A stretch of 64,000 nt of DNA from Spirochaetales bacterium Spiro_04 (GTDB lineage: Bacteria > Spirochaetota > Spirochaetia > Sphaerochaetales > Sphaerochaetaceae), in NCBI GenBank assembly GCA_001604325.1, contig LVBF01000013.1, positions 8,323-72,322 on the forward strand, read 5' to 3'. The notes under the pieces are model-generated. The model was not told the origin of the DNA. It saw only the letters and a list, made by a program, of their open reading frames with translations, and ran no database searches. Made by a program: the position numbers and the translations under genes. The stretch's first letter is position 1; the number at the start of each line of letters is the position of its first letter. Shown here in pieces: positions 45,295 through 54,699 of this stretch.

Positions 45295-47258
45295 TGGGCC
45301 GCTACGCACAACTGCTCTTCGACCTTCCGCTTGATGGCCCCTTCACCTACGCCATCGGCGAAGCACTCATCGATTCGGTTGAGGTGGGGCGACGGGTGAA
45401 AGTTGACTTCAGGAACCGGAAGATGACCGGCTACGTCATCGCCCTCACCGACGAGGTGACGGGGTCCTTCGCCATCAAGGAGATCGAACGGGTCATCGAC
45501 AAGGAGCCGGTCTTCGGTGAGGAGACCATCTCTCTGGCCCAGTGGATGGCCCAATTCTACCTCTGCAGCCACGGCCAAGCCCTCTCATTGATGATCCCCA
45601 CCGGGAGGGCGGAGAGCAAGATCCCGGTCCTGGACTTCGCCGATGAGGTGAGCTTTGGAGCAATCGAGCAGCTCAGCGACGAGCAAGAGGCGGCCCTTGA
45701 TGCGATCCTCAGCCACAGAGAGAAGATGTACTACCTCTACGGCGTCACCGGCAGCGGCAAGAGTGAGGTGTACCTCAGGGCCGCGGAGGCGGTCATCGCC
45801 GAGGGGCGGTCGGTCATCTACCTGGTGCCGGAGATCACCTTGACCCATCAGCTGTCGCGGATGGTCAGCGCCCGCTTCGACGGGAAGGTGGCGATCCTCC
45901 ACTCGGCCTTGACGCCGAGCCAACGGCTGAAGGAGTGGAAGAAGATCCGAAGCGGTGAGGCCCGCCTGGCCATCGGGGCGCGGAGCGCCATCTTCGCCCC
46001 CTTCAGCGACCTCGGCCTGATCATCATCGACGAGGAGCATGAGAACAGCTACAAGAGCGGATCCACTCCCCGCTATCACGCCCGTCAGGTCGCCCAACAC
46101 CGCGCGCAGAGTGAAGGGGCGATGCTGGTCATGGGGAGCGCCACCCCCTCGCTCGAGGCGTATCGCCTGATGACGGAGGGGGAGCAAATCAAAGCGCTGC
46201 GCCTCAAGCATCGAGTCGCCGGAGGCGTGCTGCCAGCCGTCGAGGTCGTCGACATGGGCTATGAGAAGCACCTGGTCAGCCGTCGCCTCGACCAAGCCAT
46301 CCGCCAAACGCTGGGGCGCAAGCGTCAGGTGATCCTCTTTCTCAACCGTCGCGGCTTCTCCTACTTCTTCCACTGCAACAGCTGTGGCTTCGAGTTGCTC
46401 TGCCCCCACTGCACCGTCTCGTTGACCTACCATAAACGTACCTCCTCCATGGTCTGCCACTACTGTGGCTACCAGAGGGGCCCGGTCACCGTCTGCCCCT
46501 CCTGCAAGTCGGTGGACGTCTCCTATTCGGGCTTCGGCACCGAGATGGTGGAACAGGAGATCGCCAGCCTCTATCCCGACGCCCGCATCGAACGCCTCGA
46601 TACGGACAGCGCCCAGCAGAAGGGGCACCTTGCGTCGGTCATCGACGACTTTAGGGAGGGGAAGATCGACATCCTGCTCGGGACGCAGATGGTGGCCAAG
46701 GGGCTGAACTTCCCCCTCGTCGATTTGGTGGGCATCATCAACGCCGACAGCGGGCTCAATATCCCCGATTTTCGCAGCCAAGAGCGGACCTTCAGCCTCT
46801 TGGTGCAGGTCTCCGGACGGGCGGGCCGGTACAGTGATGATGGACGGGTCATCATCCAGACCCATCACCCCGAGAACCCCGCCATCGCCTATGCGCTTGA
46901 CGGAGACACCGACGGATTCTATGAGAGTGAGCTCGCTGTCCGTCGCGAGACCAGGTTCCCTCCCTACTCCCGTCTCGCCAACCTCGTGATCCGGGGCCGG
47001 AACCGGGAGGCGGTGGAGGAGGCGACCGGAGCGCTGGAGAAGCACTTGGCCGCCTCGGCGAAGCGGGTGGGGGTGGATGTGCTGGTGGCCAGTGAGTGCC
47101 CCTTGGAGAAGATCGCCTCCAACTGGCGGTACCATATCCTCCTCTCCTCAGAGAGCGGTGCTTCGGTGCATCGCCTGCTGCACCATGTGCTTTCGCACTA
47201 CCAACTCCCCTCGTCCCTCTACCTTGAAATCGACCTCGATCCGCTGCAACTGCTCTAG
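45291..47258 (+). CDS. priA: Primosomal protein N'
   Basis: GVTGSGKS, DEEH, GSATPS, Cys-rich region, GTQMVAKG, QVSGRAGR. Confidence 0.96.
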   Translation: MMGRYAQLLFDLPLDGPFTYAIGEALIDSVEVGRRVKVDFRNRKMTGYVIALTDEVTGSFAIKEIERVIDKEPVFGEETISLAQWMAQFYLCSHGQALSLMIPTGRAESKIPVLDFADEVSFGAIEQLSDEQEAALDAILSHREKMYYLYGVTGSGKSEVYLRAAEAVIAEGRSVIYLVPEITLTHQLSRMVSARFDGKVAILHSALTPSQRLKEWKKIRSGEARLAIGARSAIFAPFSDLGLIIIDEEHENSYKSGSTPRYHARQVAQHRAQSEGAMLVMGSATPSLEAYRLMTEGEQIKALRLKHRVAGGVLPAVEVVDMGYEKHLVSRRLDQAIRQTLGRKRQVILFLNRRGFSYFFHCNSCGFELLCPHCTVSLTYHKRTSSMVCHYCGYQRGPVTVCPSCKSVDVSYSGFGTEMVEQEIASLYPDARIERLDTDSAQQKGHLASVIDDFREGKIDILLGTQMVAKGLNFPLVDLVGIINADSGLNIPDFRSQERTFSLLVQVSGRAGRYSDDGRVIIQTHHPENPAIAYALDGDTDGFYESELAVRRETRFPPYSRLANLVIRGRNREAVEEATGALEKHLAASAKRVGVDVLVASECPLEKIASNWRYHILLSSESGASVHRLLHHVLSHYQLPSSLYLEIDLDPLQLL

Positions 47259-47302
47259 ATTACGTTGACCATCAGAGGCGCCCTTGGTATAGTTTGATTG
47301 CC

Positions 47303-47803
47303 ATGTTAGATATATATACCCTTGGGGACGAGATACTCAGAGAACGGTGCAAACCGGTCAAGGTCTTCGATTCGGCGCTCACGTCGCTCATCGATGCGAT
47401 GTTCGTCACGATGGCCGAGGCCAATGGGGTCGGCCTCGCCGCCCCGCAGATCGGGGCCGACATCCGCCTCTTCGTCGTGGATGTGCCTGAGTGGGGAAAA
47501 GGAGTCTTCATCAACCCGCAGATCATCGAGACATCGGTGGAGCTCAGCTGCGCCGAGGAGGGGTGTCTCTCCGTCCCCGGTCTCTTCCATGATGTCGAAC
47601 GGCCCGCCTCGGTGGTCGTGCAAGCCCAGGATGTGAACGGCAAAGTGTTCACTGTCAAGGCCGATGGCCTGCTCGCCCGCGCCATCCAGCATGAGAACGA
47701 CCACCTCAATGGGGTGCTCTTCATCGACCGCCTGGAACAGGGGGAGCAGGAGAAGATGCAGAAGGCTTGGGAGAAGCGCTCCAGACGAAGGCGGTCGGGG
47801 TGA
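47303..47803 (+). CDS. def: Peptide deformylase
   Basis: GVGLAAPQ, EGCLS, QHENDH. Confidence 0.96.
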   Translation: MLDIYTLGDEILRERCKPVKVFDSALTSLIDAMFVTMAEANGVGLAAPQIGADIRLFVVDVPEWGKGVFINPQIIETSVELSCAEEGCLSVPGLFHDVERPASVVVQAQDVNGKVFTVKADGLLARAIQHENDHLNGVLFIDRLEQGEQEKMQKAWEKRSRRRRSG

Positions 47804-48744
47804 GGATCCTCTTTGCAGGAACCCCCGCTGTGGCGGTGCCCACCCTCAAGGCGGTGGCCAGCCACTTCGAGGTTGCGGCGGTGCTGACCAATACCGACAA
47901 GAGAGGCCCGCGGGGCCGTGCCTTGGTTCCTTCTCCCATCAAGGAGGAGGCGCTCGCCCTCGGCCTTGATGTGTTGCAGTTCGACCATCTCGGCAAGGCG
48001 GCGCGCGATGCGGTCGCCCCCTACCGCTGCGACACGCTGCTCTGCTTCGCCTATGGACGAATCTTCGGAGTGAAGTTCCTCTCCCTCTTTCCAGGAGAGC
48101 GCCTGAACATCCACCCGTCCCTGCTTCCCGCCCTGCGCGGACCCAGCCCGATCCAGGGGACCATCCTCTCCCAGTCTCCGACAGGGGGGATCTCGATCCA
48201 GCGCCTGGCTTCTGAGATGGACAGCGGTGATATCCTCTCTACCGTCACCTACGATCTATTCGGTGATGAGACCACCGCCTCGTTGACCGAACGGGTAGGT
48301 GAGCTGGCCGCCCCGCTTGCCCTCGATGCACTGATGCGCATCAAGGAGGGGAGGGCTCTCTTCACCCCCCAGAGGGGAGAGGCCACCTATACCACCCTCA
48401 TCGACGCTTCGATGGCGAAGCTCGACTTCAAAGAGAGCGCCAAGAGCCTCCACGCCCAGATCCGCGCCATGATGCCGTGGCCGAAGGCGGAGACCACCTT
48501 CGCCGGTCAACGCCTCTTCATCACCGGCGTCCAGGGGACGATCGAGGAAGCGGGCAGTGACCCGATTCCCGCGGGGGCAGTCTCTGGCACGGTGGTGCAG
48601 GTGGACAAGAGAAAGGGCATTGGCATCGTGACCGGGGATGGTATTCTCTGGGTCACCTCGATGCAACTGGAGAAGCGTAAACAGCTTGATGCGCTCTCCT
48701 TTTTCAATGGGAATCGACAGCTGTTGGGCAGCAGGCTGGGGTAG
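47800..48744 (+). CDS. fmt: Methionyl-tRNA formyltransferase
   Basis: ILFAGTP, NIHPSLLP, RGPSP, MDSG; GTGA overlap with def. Confidence 0.95.
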   Translation: MRILFAGTPAVAVPTLKAVASHFEVAAVLTNTDKRGPRGRALVPSPIKEEALALGLDVLQFDHLGKAARDAVAPYRCDTLLCFAYGRIFGVKFLSLFPGERLNIHPSLLPALRGPSPIQGTILSQSPTGGISIQRLASEMDSGDILSTVTYDLFGDETTASLTERVGELAAPLALDALMRIKEGRALFTPQRGEATYTTLIDASMAKLDFKESAKSLHAQIRAMMPWPKAETTFAGQRLFITGVQGTIEEAGSDPIPAGAVSGTVVQVDKRKGIGIVTGDGILWVTSMQLEKRKQLDALSFFNGNRQLLGSRLG

Positions 48745-48747
48745 TCT

Positions 48748-50946
48748 ATGAAGAGAGGCTTGGCGCTTCTGTTGATCCTGCTGATGCTCTCTTCCCCGCT
48801 TTTTGCAACGGTTGCCTTGGTGCTCTCCGGCGGTGGGGCACGCGGTCTTGCCCATATCGCCATCATCGAGGCGGTGGAGGCGGCCGGCATTCCCATCGAC
48901 CTCGTGGTGGGGACCAGCATGGGCGCTCTGATCGGGGGGTTGTACAGCGCCGGCTATACCCCCTCTGAAATCCGCCGATTGATCGAAGCGACCGACCTCT
49001 TGGGCCTCTTTGTCCAAAGCCCCCTGGTAGGCAGCCGGACACGGGGACGGGCCTTCTCACCAACCTATGAGCACACCTTCTCGCTCGGCTTCACCAAGCA
49101 GGGCATCGGCGATGCTCCGGCGATCCTCGGGGACCAGCGGATCATGGAGCTGTTCGGCTTCCTCTTCTCCAAGTACCCCGACACCCTCGACTTCGACGAT
49201 CTCCCCATTCCCTTCCGCGCCGTCTCCGCCGACGTGGTCACCGCTGATACGGTCGTCCATGATCGAGGATCGCTCTCCCGGGCCATCCGTTCCTCCATCG
49301 CCATCCCGATTGTGTTCGCCCCCTTCCCCTCCGGTGACGGCAGGCTCCTGCTCGACGGCGGGTTGGTGGACAACCTGCCGATTCAAGTCGCCCGGGAGCT
49401 TGGCGCCGAATATGTCATCGCCAGTGACGTGAACGCAGAAATGGTGGAGGATCTCGCCCTGTTGGAGAGTCTCTCGGCCATCGCGATGCAGGCGGTGGTC
49501 TTGGCGACCCGAAACAAGACCATCGACCAATACGAGCACGCCGATGTGCTCTACCAGATACCGCTCAAGGAGATCAGCGTGCTGGATTTCGGCGCCTTCG
49601 AAACGATCATTGAACGGGGAGCTGAGATCGCCGCGGCGCAGAACGATGCACTCATGGCCTTATCTGAGCAGATCGGGGAGCGTGTCTCCTACGACCCCGA
49701 TCGAGTGGGAGCCTACCGCCTCCTTCCCGAACCGCTCATCCGCTCGGTAGCGGTGGTGGATCTCTCGACGGTCACGCAGCGGCGACAGGTGGAGGCCGCT
49801 TCCTTCAACAAGTTCGTGGGAAAGCACCTCGATGAGAAGACCGCGCGAGAGCTGAGTCTCCAGCTCAGGGAGCTGAGGATCACGAAGAATCTCTCCACCC
49901 TCGCCTATGAGATGGGGGAGGATGACACCCTGCTCATCCTCCAACGCGGCTTTCGCCGGTCCAATGGGCAGATCGCCATGGGCTTCACCAGTGACGCGGG
50001 CTTCTCCAATACGCTCGTCTCCTCGAAGAGCTGGTTTCGTGCCGACGCCTTCCTCGATGCCGAGATCGAGGAGGTGTTCACCACGCCCCTGACGCTCTCC
50101 ATCAGCGCCCAGCTGGGGACCCGGAGCTTGATGCAGGTCGGGGGCATCTACCCGGTCTTCCTCCAGCAGTGGGGGGCGATGGATGTTGATTTCTCCCTCA
50201 GCTACAGCGTCGGGGGGCTGACCGCCCTCTCCGCTCCCATCAACAGCGGCCGGAGCGCCCCCCTCGATCGTCTGATCTCCCCAACGTTGGGCATCGGGAT
50301 GACCTTCGGCGAAGCGACGTGGCTCCACTTCGATGGATATTACAACCTCGCGTTCCTGCACAACGACGCCTACGATCCGAAGACTCTCTCCTTCGGAGGG
50401 TTCAGCGCCTCCCTCCTCTACAATACCCTGGAGAATCGCTTCTCTTCACAGGGGATGCGCCTCGACTTCTTGGCCTCCATCGGCCTCTCCACCCGTCTCG
50501 ATTGGTCGGTACGCCTCGCCTTCCTGCACAAGATGGCCCTCGGCATCGACGACAGCATCCACTACGATCTCTCCCTCTCGCTCATGCGCCAGCCGTTCCC
50601 CTTGATCGACAGCTACAGTGAGATCGGCTCGGTGGACGGGATTCCCGGCTACAGCCCGCTTTCCCTCAAACGTGACAGCGCCACCGTGGGGGTGACGTGG
50701 CAGCATCGCCTCGTGGAGTTGCTCGGGTATCCCACCTATGGAAAGCTTGCGATCCGAGGGGGGATCTTCGACTCATACGATCCGTACGGAGGGACCAAGG
50801 CGAGCACCGACGCGCTCTTCTCTGCTCTCGATTGGGATGTGGGCTTCTCCCTCTCTGCGGGGCTCGATGCGCCCATCGGGGAGGTCCTCCTCTCCTTCGG
50901 CATCTCGGTGAAGGGCCGGTGGACCGTCGCGGTGGGAATTCACTAA
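48748..50946 (+). CDS. Patatin-like phospholipase with C-terminal beta-barrel (PlpD / type Vd-like)
   Basis: Signal peptide, SGGGARG, GTSMG, DGG; C-terminal about 330 aa of amphipathic beta-strands. Confidence 0.82.
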   Translation: MKRGLALLLILLMLSSPLFATVALVLSGGGARGLAHIAIIEAVEAAGIPIDLVVGTSMGALIGGLYSAGYTPSEIRRLIEATDLLGLFVQSPLVGSRTRGRAFSPTYEHTFSLGFTKQGIGDAPAILGDQRIMELFGFLFSKYPDTLDFDDLPIPFRAVSADVVTADTVVHDRGSLSRAIRSSIAIPIVFAPFPSGDGRLLLDGGLVDNLPIQVARELGAEYVIASDVNAEMVEDLALLESLSAIAMQAVVLATRNKTIDQYEHADVLYQIPLKEISVLDFGAFETIIERGAEIAAAQNDALMALSEQIGERVSYDPDRVGAYRLLPEPLIRSVAVVDLSTVTQRRQVEAASFNKFVGKHLDEKTARELSLQLRELRITKNLSTLAYEMGEDDTLLILQRGFRRSNGQIAMGFTSDAGFSNTLVSSKSWFRADAFLDAEIEEVFTTPLTLSISAQLGTRSLMQVGGIYPVFLQQWGAMDVDFSLSYSVGGLTALSAPINSGRSAPLDRLISPTLGIGMTFGEATWLHFDGYYNLAFLHNDAYDPKTLSFGGFSASLLYNTLENRFSSQGMRLDFLASIGLSTRLDWSVRLAFLHKMALGIDDSIHYDLSLSLMRQPFPLIDSYSEIGSVDGIPGYSPLSLKRDSATVGVTWQHRLVELLGYPTYGKLAIRGGIFDSYDPYGGTKASTDALFSALDWDVGFSLSAGLDAPIGEVLLSFGISVKGRWTVAVGIH

Positions 50947-51105
50947 GACTTCGTTACATTTGGCGGCGGAGGTTGTTTACTCCGTAAGGACGGCAGATGT
51001 GGAGAGTATTATTGTTGCTATCGGTTGCACGATGTGCGAAAATGAACGTGATGATGTACTGACCTCGATTGTTGGGCTGTCCAGCCTGACAGGAGGGGCG
51101 CATAC

Positions 51106-51657
51106 ATGAGTGGACGGTTGCCGTTGCAAAGGTGGATTCGTTGGTTTGGGATTGTCGTGACCACCATTGTGGTCATCTTGATTCTTCTTTTTTCCTTCAT
51201 GCCAGCCGAATCCGCTCCAAGAGTTTCGTGGATCCCATTTGCGGACAAAGGGGCTCATCTGATCGCCTATGCCGCCTATGGCTTTTCTTCATTCCTCGCG
51301 ACCCTTGAGATTCCCGGCTCATCTGCTCGCCGTCGTCGGCGTTCTGATTCGGCCCTGCACATCTCGTCATGGGCCGGGCGGTCAATCATCATCAGCCTGG
51401 TGACAGGCACGATCCTTGGGGCATTGGTGGAGTTGGTGCAACCCACCTTTGGGAGGAGCCGGGAGTGGGCTGATCTCGCTGCCGACTTTATGGGATTGGT
51501 CGTCGGCCTTGCCGTGGTGTTGGTGCTGCTCAAGATTCTCGGCGCATTCTTCATCACGCGGCCTTGGCTCTACGATCCGAATTGGGAGGAAGAGGTAGAT
51601 GAGTCTCGCAGAGAGGATTCGCGACGCGTTGATGCACGCCGTGGTGGAATTGGATGA
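51106..51657 (+). CDS. VanZ-like membrane protein
   Basis: DKGAHLIAY, ELVQ...GRS...DLAAD motifs; AGGAGG RBS. Confidence 0.8.
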   Translation: MSGRLPLQRWIRWFGIVVTTIVVILILLFSFMPAESAPRVSWIPFADKGAHLIAYAAYGFSSFLATLEIPGSSARRRRRSDSALHISSWAGRSIIISLVTGTILGALVELVQPTFGRSREWADLAADFMGLVVGLAVVLVLLKILGAFFITRPWLYDPNWEEEVDESRREDSRRVDARRGGIG

Positions 51658-52468
51658 AGATGTACGGGGCCGGATCGAGTGGGCCCGAGCCGCAGAGGAG
51701 CAACAAGGGGGGACGGCGGTAGGGAGCATGGCAAGCCGTGCCGTTCTTGATGCCATCCTGAAGAACCTTGAGATCGCCAAAGAGAAGCGCCTCCCGATGT
51801 GTCAGGACACCGGCCTGTTCCTTGTCTTCGTCGATGTGGGCAAGGAGAGCACGCTCCCCCTGTCCAAGATCGAGGAGGCGATACACCAGGGCTGTCTTGC
51901 CGCCGTCGAGGCTTCCTACTACCGTCGCTCGGTGGTGGAGGAGCCGGTCTTTGCCCGGAAAAACACCAAGAACAACATGCCACCGGCCATCTACTACACC
52001 TTGGTGGATGGCAGCGATGTGACCATCCAGATCCTGCTGAAGGGATTTGGCAGCGAGAACTGCTGCTCGGTTCGGATGCTCAATCCCACCGGTGGGCGGG
52101 AGGCGGTCATCAAGGCGGTAGGGGAGATCGTCACCCTCGCCGGAGGCAAACCGTGTCCGCCGATCTTCCTCGGCGTTGGGCTCGGTGGGACGATGGACCG
52201 TGCCGCATACCTGAGCAAGCGCGCTCTGCTGCGTGATGTGCGCGTCGGCCATAGCGATGCGCAGTATCGACAGCTGGAAGAGGATATCCTGGCCCATGTA
52301 CAGACTTTGGGCATTGGCAGCGGCGGCATGGGTGGGGTCATCACAGCCCTCAGTGTCGCCATTGAGGCGGAGCCGACCCATATCGCCGGCATGCCGCTTG
52401 CTGTCTCGATCAACTGCTGGGCCGACCGCAAGGCGAAGGTCGTCTACAAGGAGGGAGAGGATGCGTAA
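51599..52468 (+). CDS. Fe-S hydro-lyase alpha subunit (class I fumarase / tartrate dehydratase type)
   Basis: PMCQDTG, KGFGSEN, KPCPP, GVGLGG, HIAG, NCWA. Confidence 0.9.
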   Translation: MSLAERIRDALMHAVVELDEDVRGRIEWARAAEEQQGGTAVGSMASRAVLDAILKNLEIAKEKRLPMCQDTGLFLVFVDVGKESTLPLSKIEEAIHQGCLAAVEASYYRRSVVEEPVFARKNTKNNMPPAIYYTLVDGSDVTIQILLKGFGSENCCSVRMLNPTGGREAVIKAVGEIVTLAGGKPCPPIFLGVGLGGTMDRAAYLSKRALLRDVRVGHSDAQYRQLEEDILAHVQTLGIGSGGMGGVITALSVAIEAEPTHIAGMPLAVSINCWADRKAKVVYKEGEDA

Positions 52469-52985
52469 TCTTACACTGCCGTTGTCACGCGAGGACATTG
52501 CGTCGCTGTCTGCCTATGACCAGGTCATGCTCAGTGGAAAACTCTATGTGGGGCGCGACCAAGTCCACCGCCTCCTCTATGGGATGATAGAACAAAACGA
52601 GACGTTGCCCATCAGTTTGGAGGGAGCGACCATCTACTACATGGGTCCATCGCCGGCGCCCGAGGGGATGTTGATCGGCGCCTGTGGCCCGACGACCAGC
52701 GCCCGGATGGATCCCTTCGCCCCGACGCTGCTTGACCGGGGCCTGCGTGTGATGGTCGGCAAAGGACCGCGGTCACAGGCGGTCATCGAGGCGATCATCC
52801 GCAACAAGGCGCTCTATGTGCAGGCCTTCGGTGGCTGTGGCGCCCTCTACGCCGAGGCGGTGAAGAAGGTGACACCGGTCGCCTTCGCCGAATTGGGGCC
52901 GGAGGCCCTGATCGAGCTGGAGGTGGAGGATTTCCCCGTCATCGTAGCCATCGATAGCCGCGGTGGCAGCGTCTTTTCACGCTGA
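52461..52985 (+). CDS. Fe-S hydro-lyase beta subunit
   Basis: GRDQVH, YMGP, GPTTSARMD, GKG, LGPEA, IDSRG. Confidence 0.9.
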   Translation: MRNLTLPLSREDIASLSAYDQVMLSGKLYVGRDQVHRLLYGMIEQNETLPISLEGATIYYMGPSPAPEGMLIGACGPTTSARMDPFAPTLLDRGLRVMVGKGPRSQAVIEAIIRNKALYVQAFGGCGALYAEAVKKVTPVAFAELGPEALIELEVEDFPVIVAIDSRGGSVFSR

Positions 52986-53135
52986 GAGTGGGTATTGCTG
53001 GACCTCACGCCGATAGTGCGGTAAAGTGTGCTATGTATACGCTTCCTCAGAGGAGCTCGCTGCCATGGGGTGGACAGACGAGCTCCGGGTCGTGAAAACC
53101 GAGGAGCCATCAGTGAAATTGAGGTTGTAGTTTCA

Positions 53136-53939
53136 GTGAGAATCCGTGTAGCCGTACGTCTAGCCCCATTGCTCTTGGCTCTGTTCACCCTTGGGTGTGA
53201 CAAGAGCGGAGAGGTGAAGAGTGCAGTCATTCCCAACGTCGTCCAGATTGTGAATGGCTCTCCTCCAGATCCTGTCATCCAGCAGACCGATGTGATCGGG
53301 AGCCTCAGCAAGCCCGACACCCTCGAGGAACGGTTCAGCTATACCTATGGGTATATGCTCTTCAATACCCTGCTCCAACAGCAGGGGTTTGGAGATCTCG
53401 ATGAGCAGTACTTCGCCAAGGGCGCCCTCGATGCCGCGCATCGAAACGGCTTCTTCTCCCAAAGCGAGATGGCCCAGACCCTCTATGAGGTGCAGACCCA
53501 ACTTCTGCAGATCGCCCAACAGGAGGTCGAGGCCCTCGCCCAAGCCAATCTTGAGGATGCCGAGCTCTTCTTACGGATCAACAGAGAAAACGAGGGTGTG
53601 GTGGTCACCGAGAGCGGCTTGCAGTACGAGGTAATCGAGGAGGGAAGCGGCGATCACCCCGGGCCTCAGAGCGTCGTCACCCTCGACTATACCATCAGTC
53701 TCATCGGGGGAAGGGTGGTCGACTCAAGCACCGGACGGGGAGGGGGGGTGAATCTCCGCCTCAGCAACTTGGGGGTGCAGGGGTTTGTCGAGGGGGTGTT
53801 GCTGATGCAGGTGGGAGGACAGTATCGCTTCTACCTCCACCCCTCCCTCGCGTGGGGGAAGGAAGGAAACCAGCTTGTCGAGCCCAATACCCTCCTGATC
53901 GTCGACGTCACCCTGCACGCGATCAGCGAGGCGCCGTAA
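53136..53939 (+). CDS. FKBP-type peptidyl-prolyl isomerase (FkpA/Mip-like lipoprotein)
   Basis: FTLGC lipobox, FSYTYG, VTESGLQYEVI, LHPSLAWG, PNTLLIVDV; start position uncertain. Confidence 0.85.
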   Translation: MRIRVAVRLAPLLLALFTLGCDKSGEVKSAVIPNVVQIVNGSPPDPVIQQTDVIGSLSKPDTLEERFSYTYGYMLFNTLLQQQGFGDLDEQYFAKGALDAAHRNGFFSQSEMAQTLYEVQTQLLQIAQQEVEALAQANLEDAELFLRINRENEGVVVTESGLQYEVIEEGSGDHPGPQSVVTLDYTISLIGGRVVDSSTGRGGGVNLRLSNLGVQGFVEGVLLMQVGGQYRFYLHPSLAWGKEGNQLVEPNTLLIVDVTLHAISEAP

Positions 53940-54615
53940 GCAGGCCAAGGATCTCACCAAGGGAAGTGATGGTGTAGGTGGGAGGAGGCGTTGGCCCGTT
54001 CTCCCCCTTCATATTGATCCACAGGGTGTCGAGGCCGCTCTCCCTCCCTCCCCGGATGTCGCTGGTGAGGCTGTCTCCGATCATCAGGCATGCGTCTTTT
54101 TCTTCAGTCAGTCCAGTTCGTTGGAGCATCTCGGCAAAGAAGCGCACATCGGGCTTCTGTACCCCCATCTCCTCGCTGATGAAGATGTCGTCGAAAAAGT
54201 GGGCGACGCCGGCCTCTTTGATGCGTCCCCGCTGGACCTCGGCGATGCCGTTGGACGCCAGGTAGAGGGTATAGCCACGCTCCTTGAGTTGGGTGAGAAT
54301 GGCGATGGCATCATCATAGAGGATCCCCTGGCGGCTCAGCTCCCGTTGGTAGCGCCTGCTGCTCTCACCGGGATCGAGGGAGAGATTGCAGGCGCTGTTG
54401 AAGCGGGCGAAGCGCTCCGTCTTCAGCTGGGAGAGGGTGAGCTCGCCCCGTTCGAAGGCTTTCCAACAGGAGAGGTTGGCTCTCTGGTAACAATCGAGGT
54501 GCTTGTCGTTGAAGAGGATGCCCGCCTCGCGTCCCATCAGGAGCATCGCTCGACGTTCGGCCTCATCGAAGTCAAAGAGGGTTCCATCGGCATCAAAGAA
54601 AAGATAGCGGTACAT
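53923..54615 (-). CDS. YjjG-family HAD nucleotidase
   Basis: FDADGTLFDF, SNG, KPD, IGDSLTSDI. Confidence 0.9.
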   Translation of the reverse strand: MYRYLFFDADGTLFDFDEAERRAMLLMGREAGILFNDKHLDCYQRANLSCWKAFERGELTLSQLKTERFARFNSACNLSLDPGESSRRYQRELSRQGILYDDAIAILTQLKERGYTLYLASNGIAEVQRGRIKEAGVAHFFDDIFISEEMGVQKPDVRFFAEMLQRTGLTEEKDACLMIGDSLTSDIRGGRESGLDTLWINMKGENGPTPPPTYTITSLGEILGLLTAPR

Positions 54616-54699
54616 CAGGCGGTTCCTTTACTTGTGGTCATCTTCTCTGTACCATAGAGAAAAAGTTGCTTGCTGTGCAAGGAGCAGGGGGAGGCAGAG

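Noticed and set aside
50947-51105. 159-bp intergenic region as an ncRNA
   Set aside because: Only short weak hairpins are present; adequately explained as terminator/promoter space.
51106-51657. VanZ-like gene as glycopeptide resistance
   Set aside because: The family is widespread and no other van genes are nearby.
52986-53135. Structured region as hammerhead ribozyme, ZTP riboswitch, SRP RNA or tRNA-Sec
   Set aside because: Only short fragments match (CTGAGGA on the minus strand, GGGTCGTGA, terminal CCA); the required cores and arms are absent.
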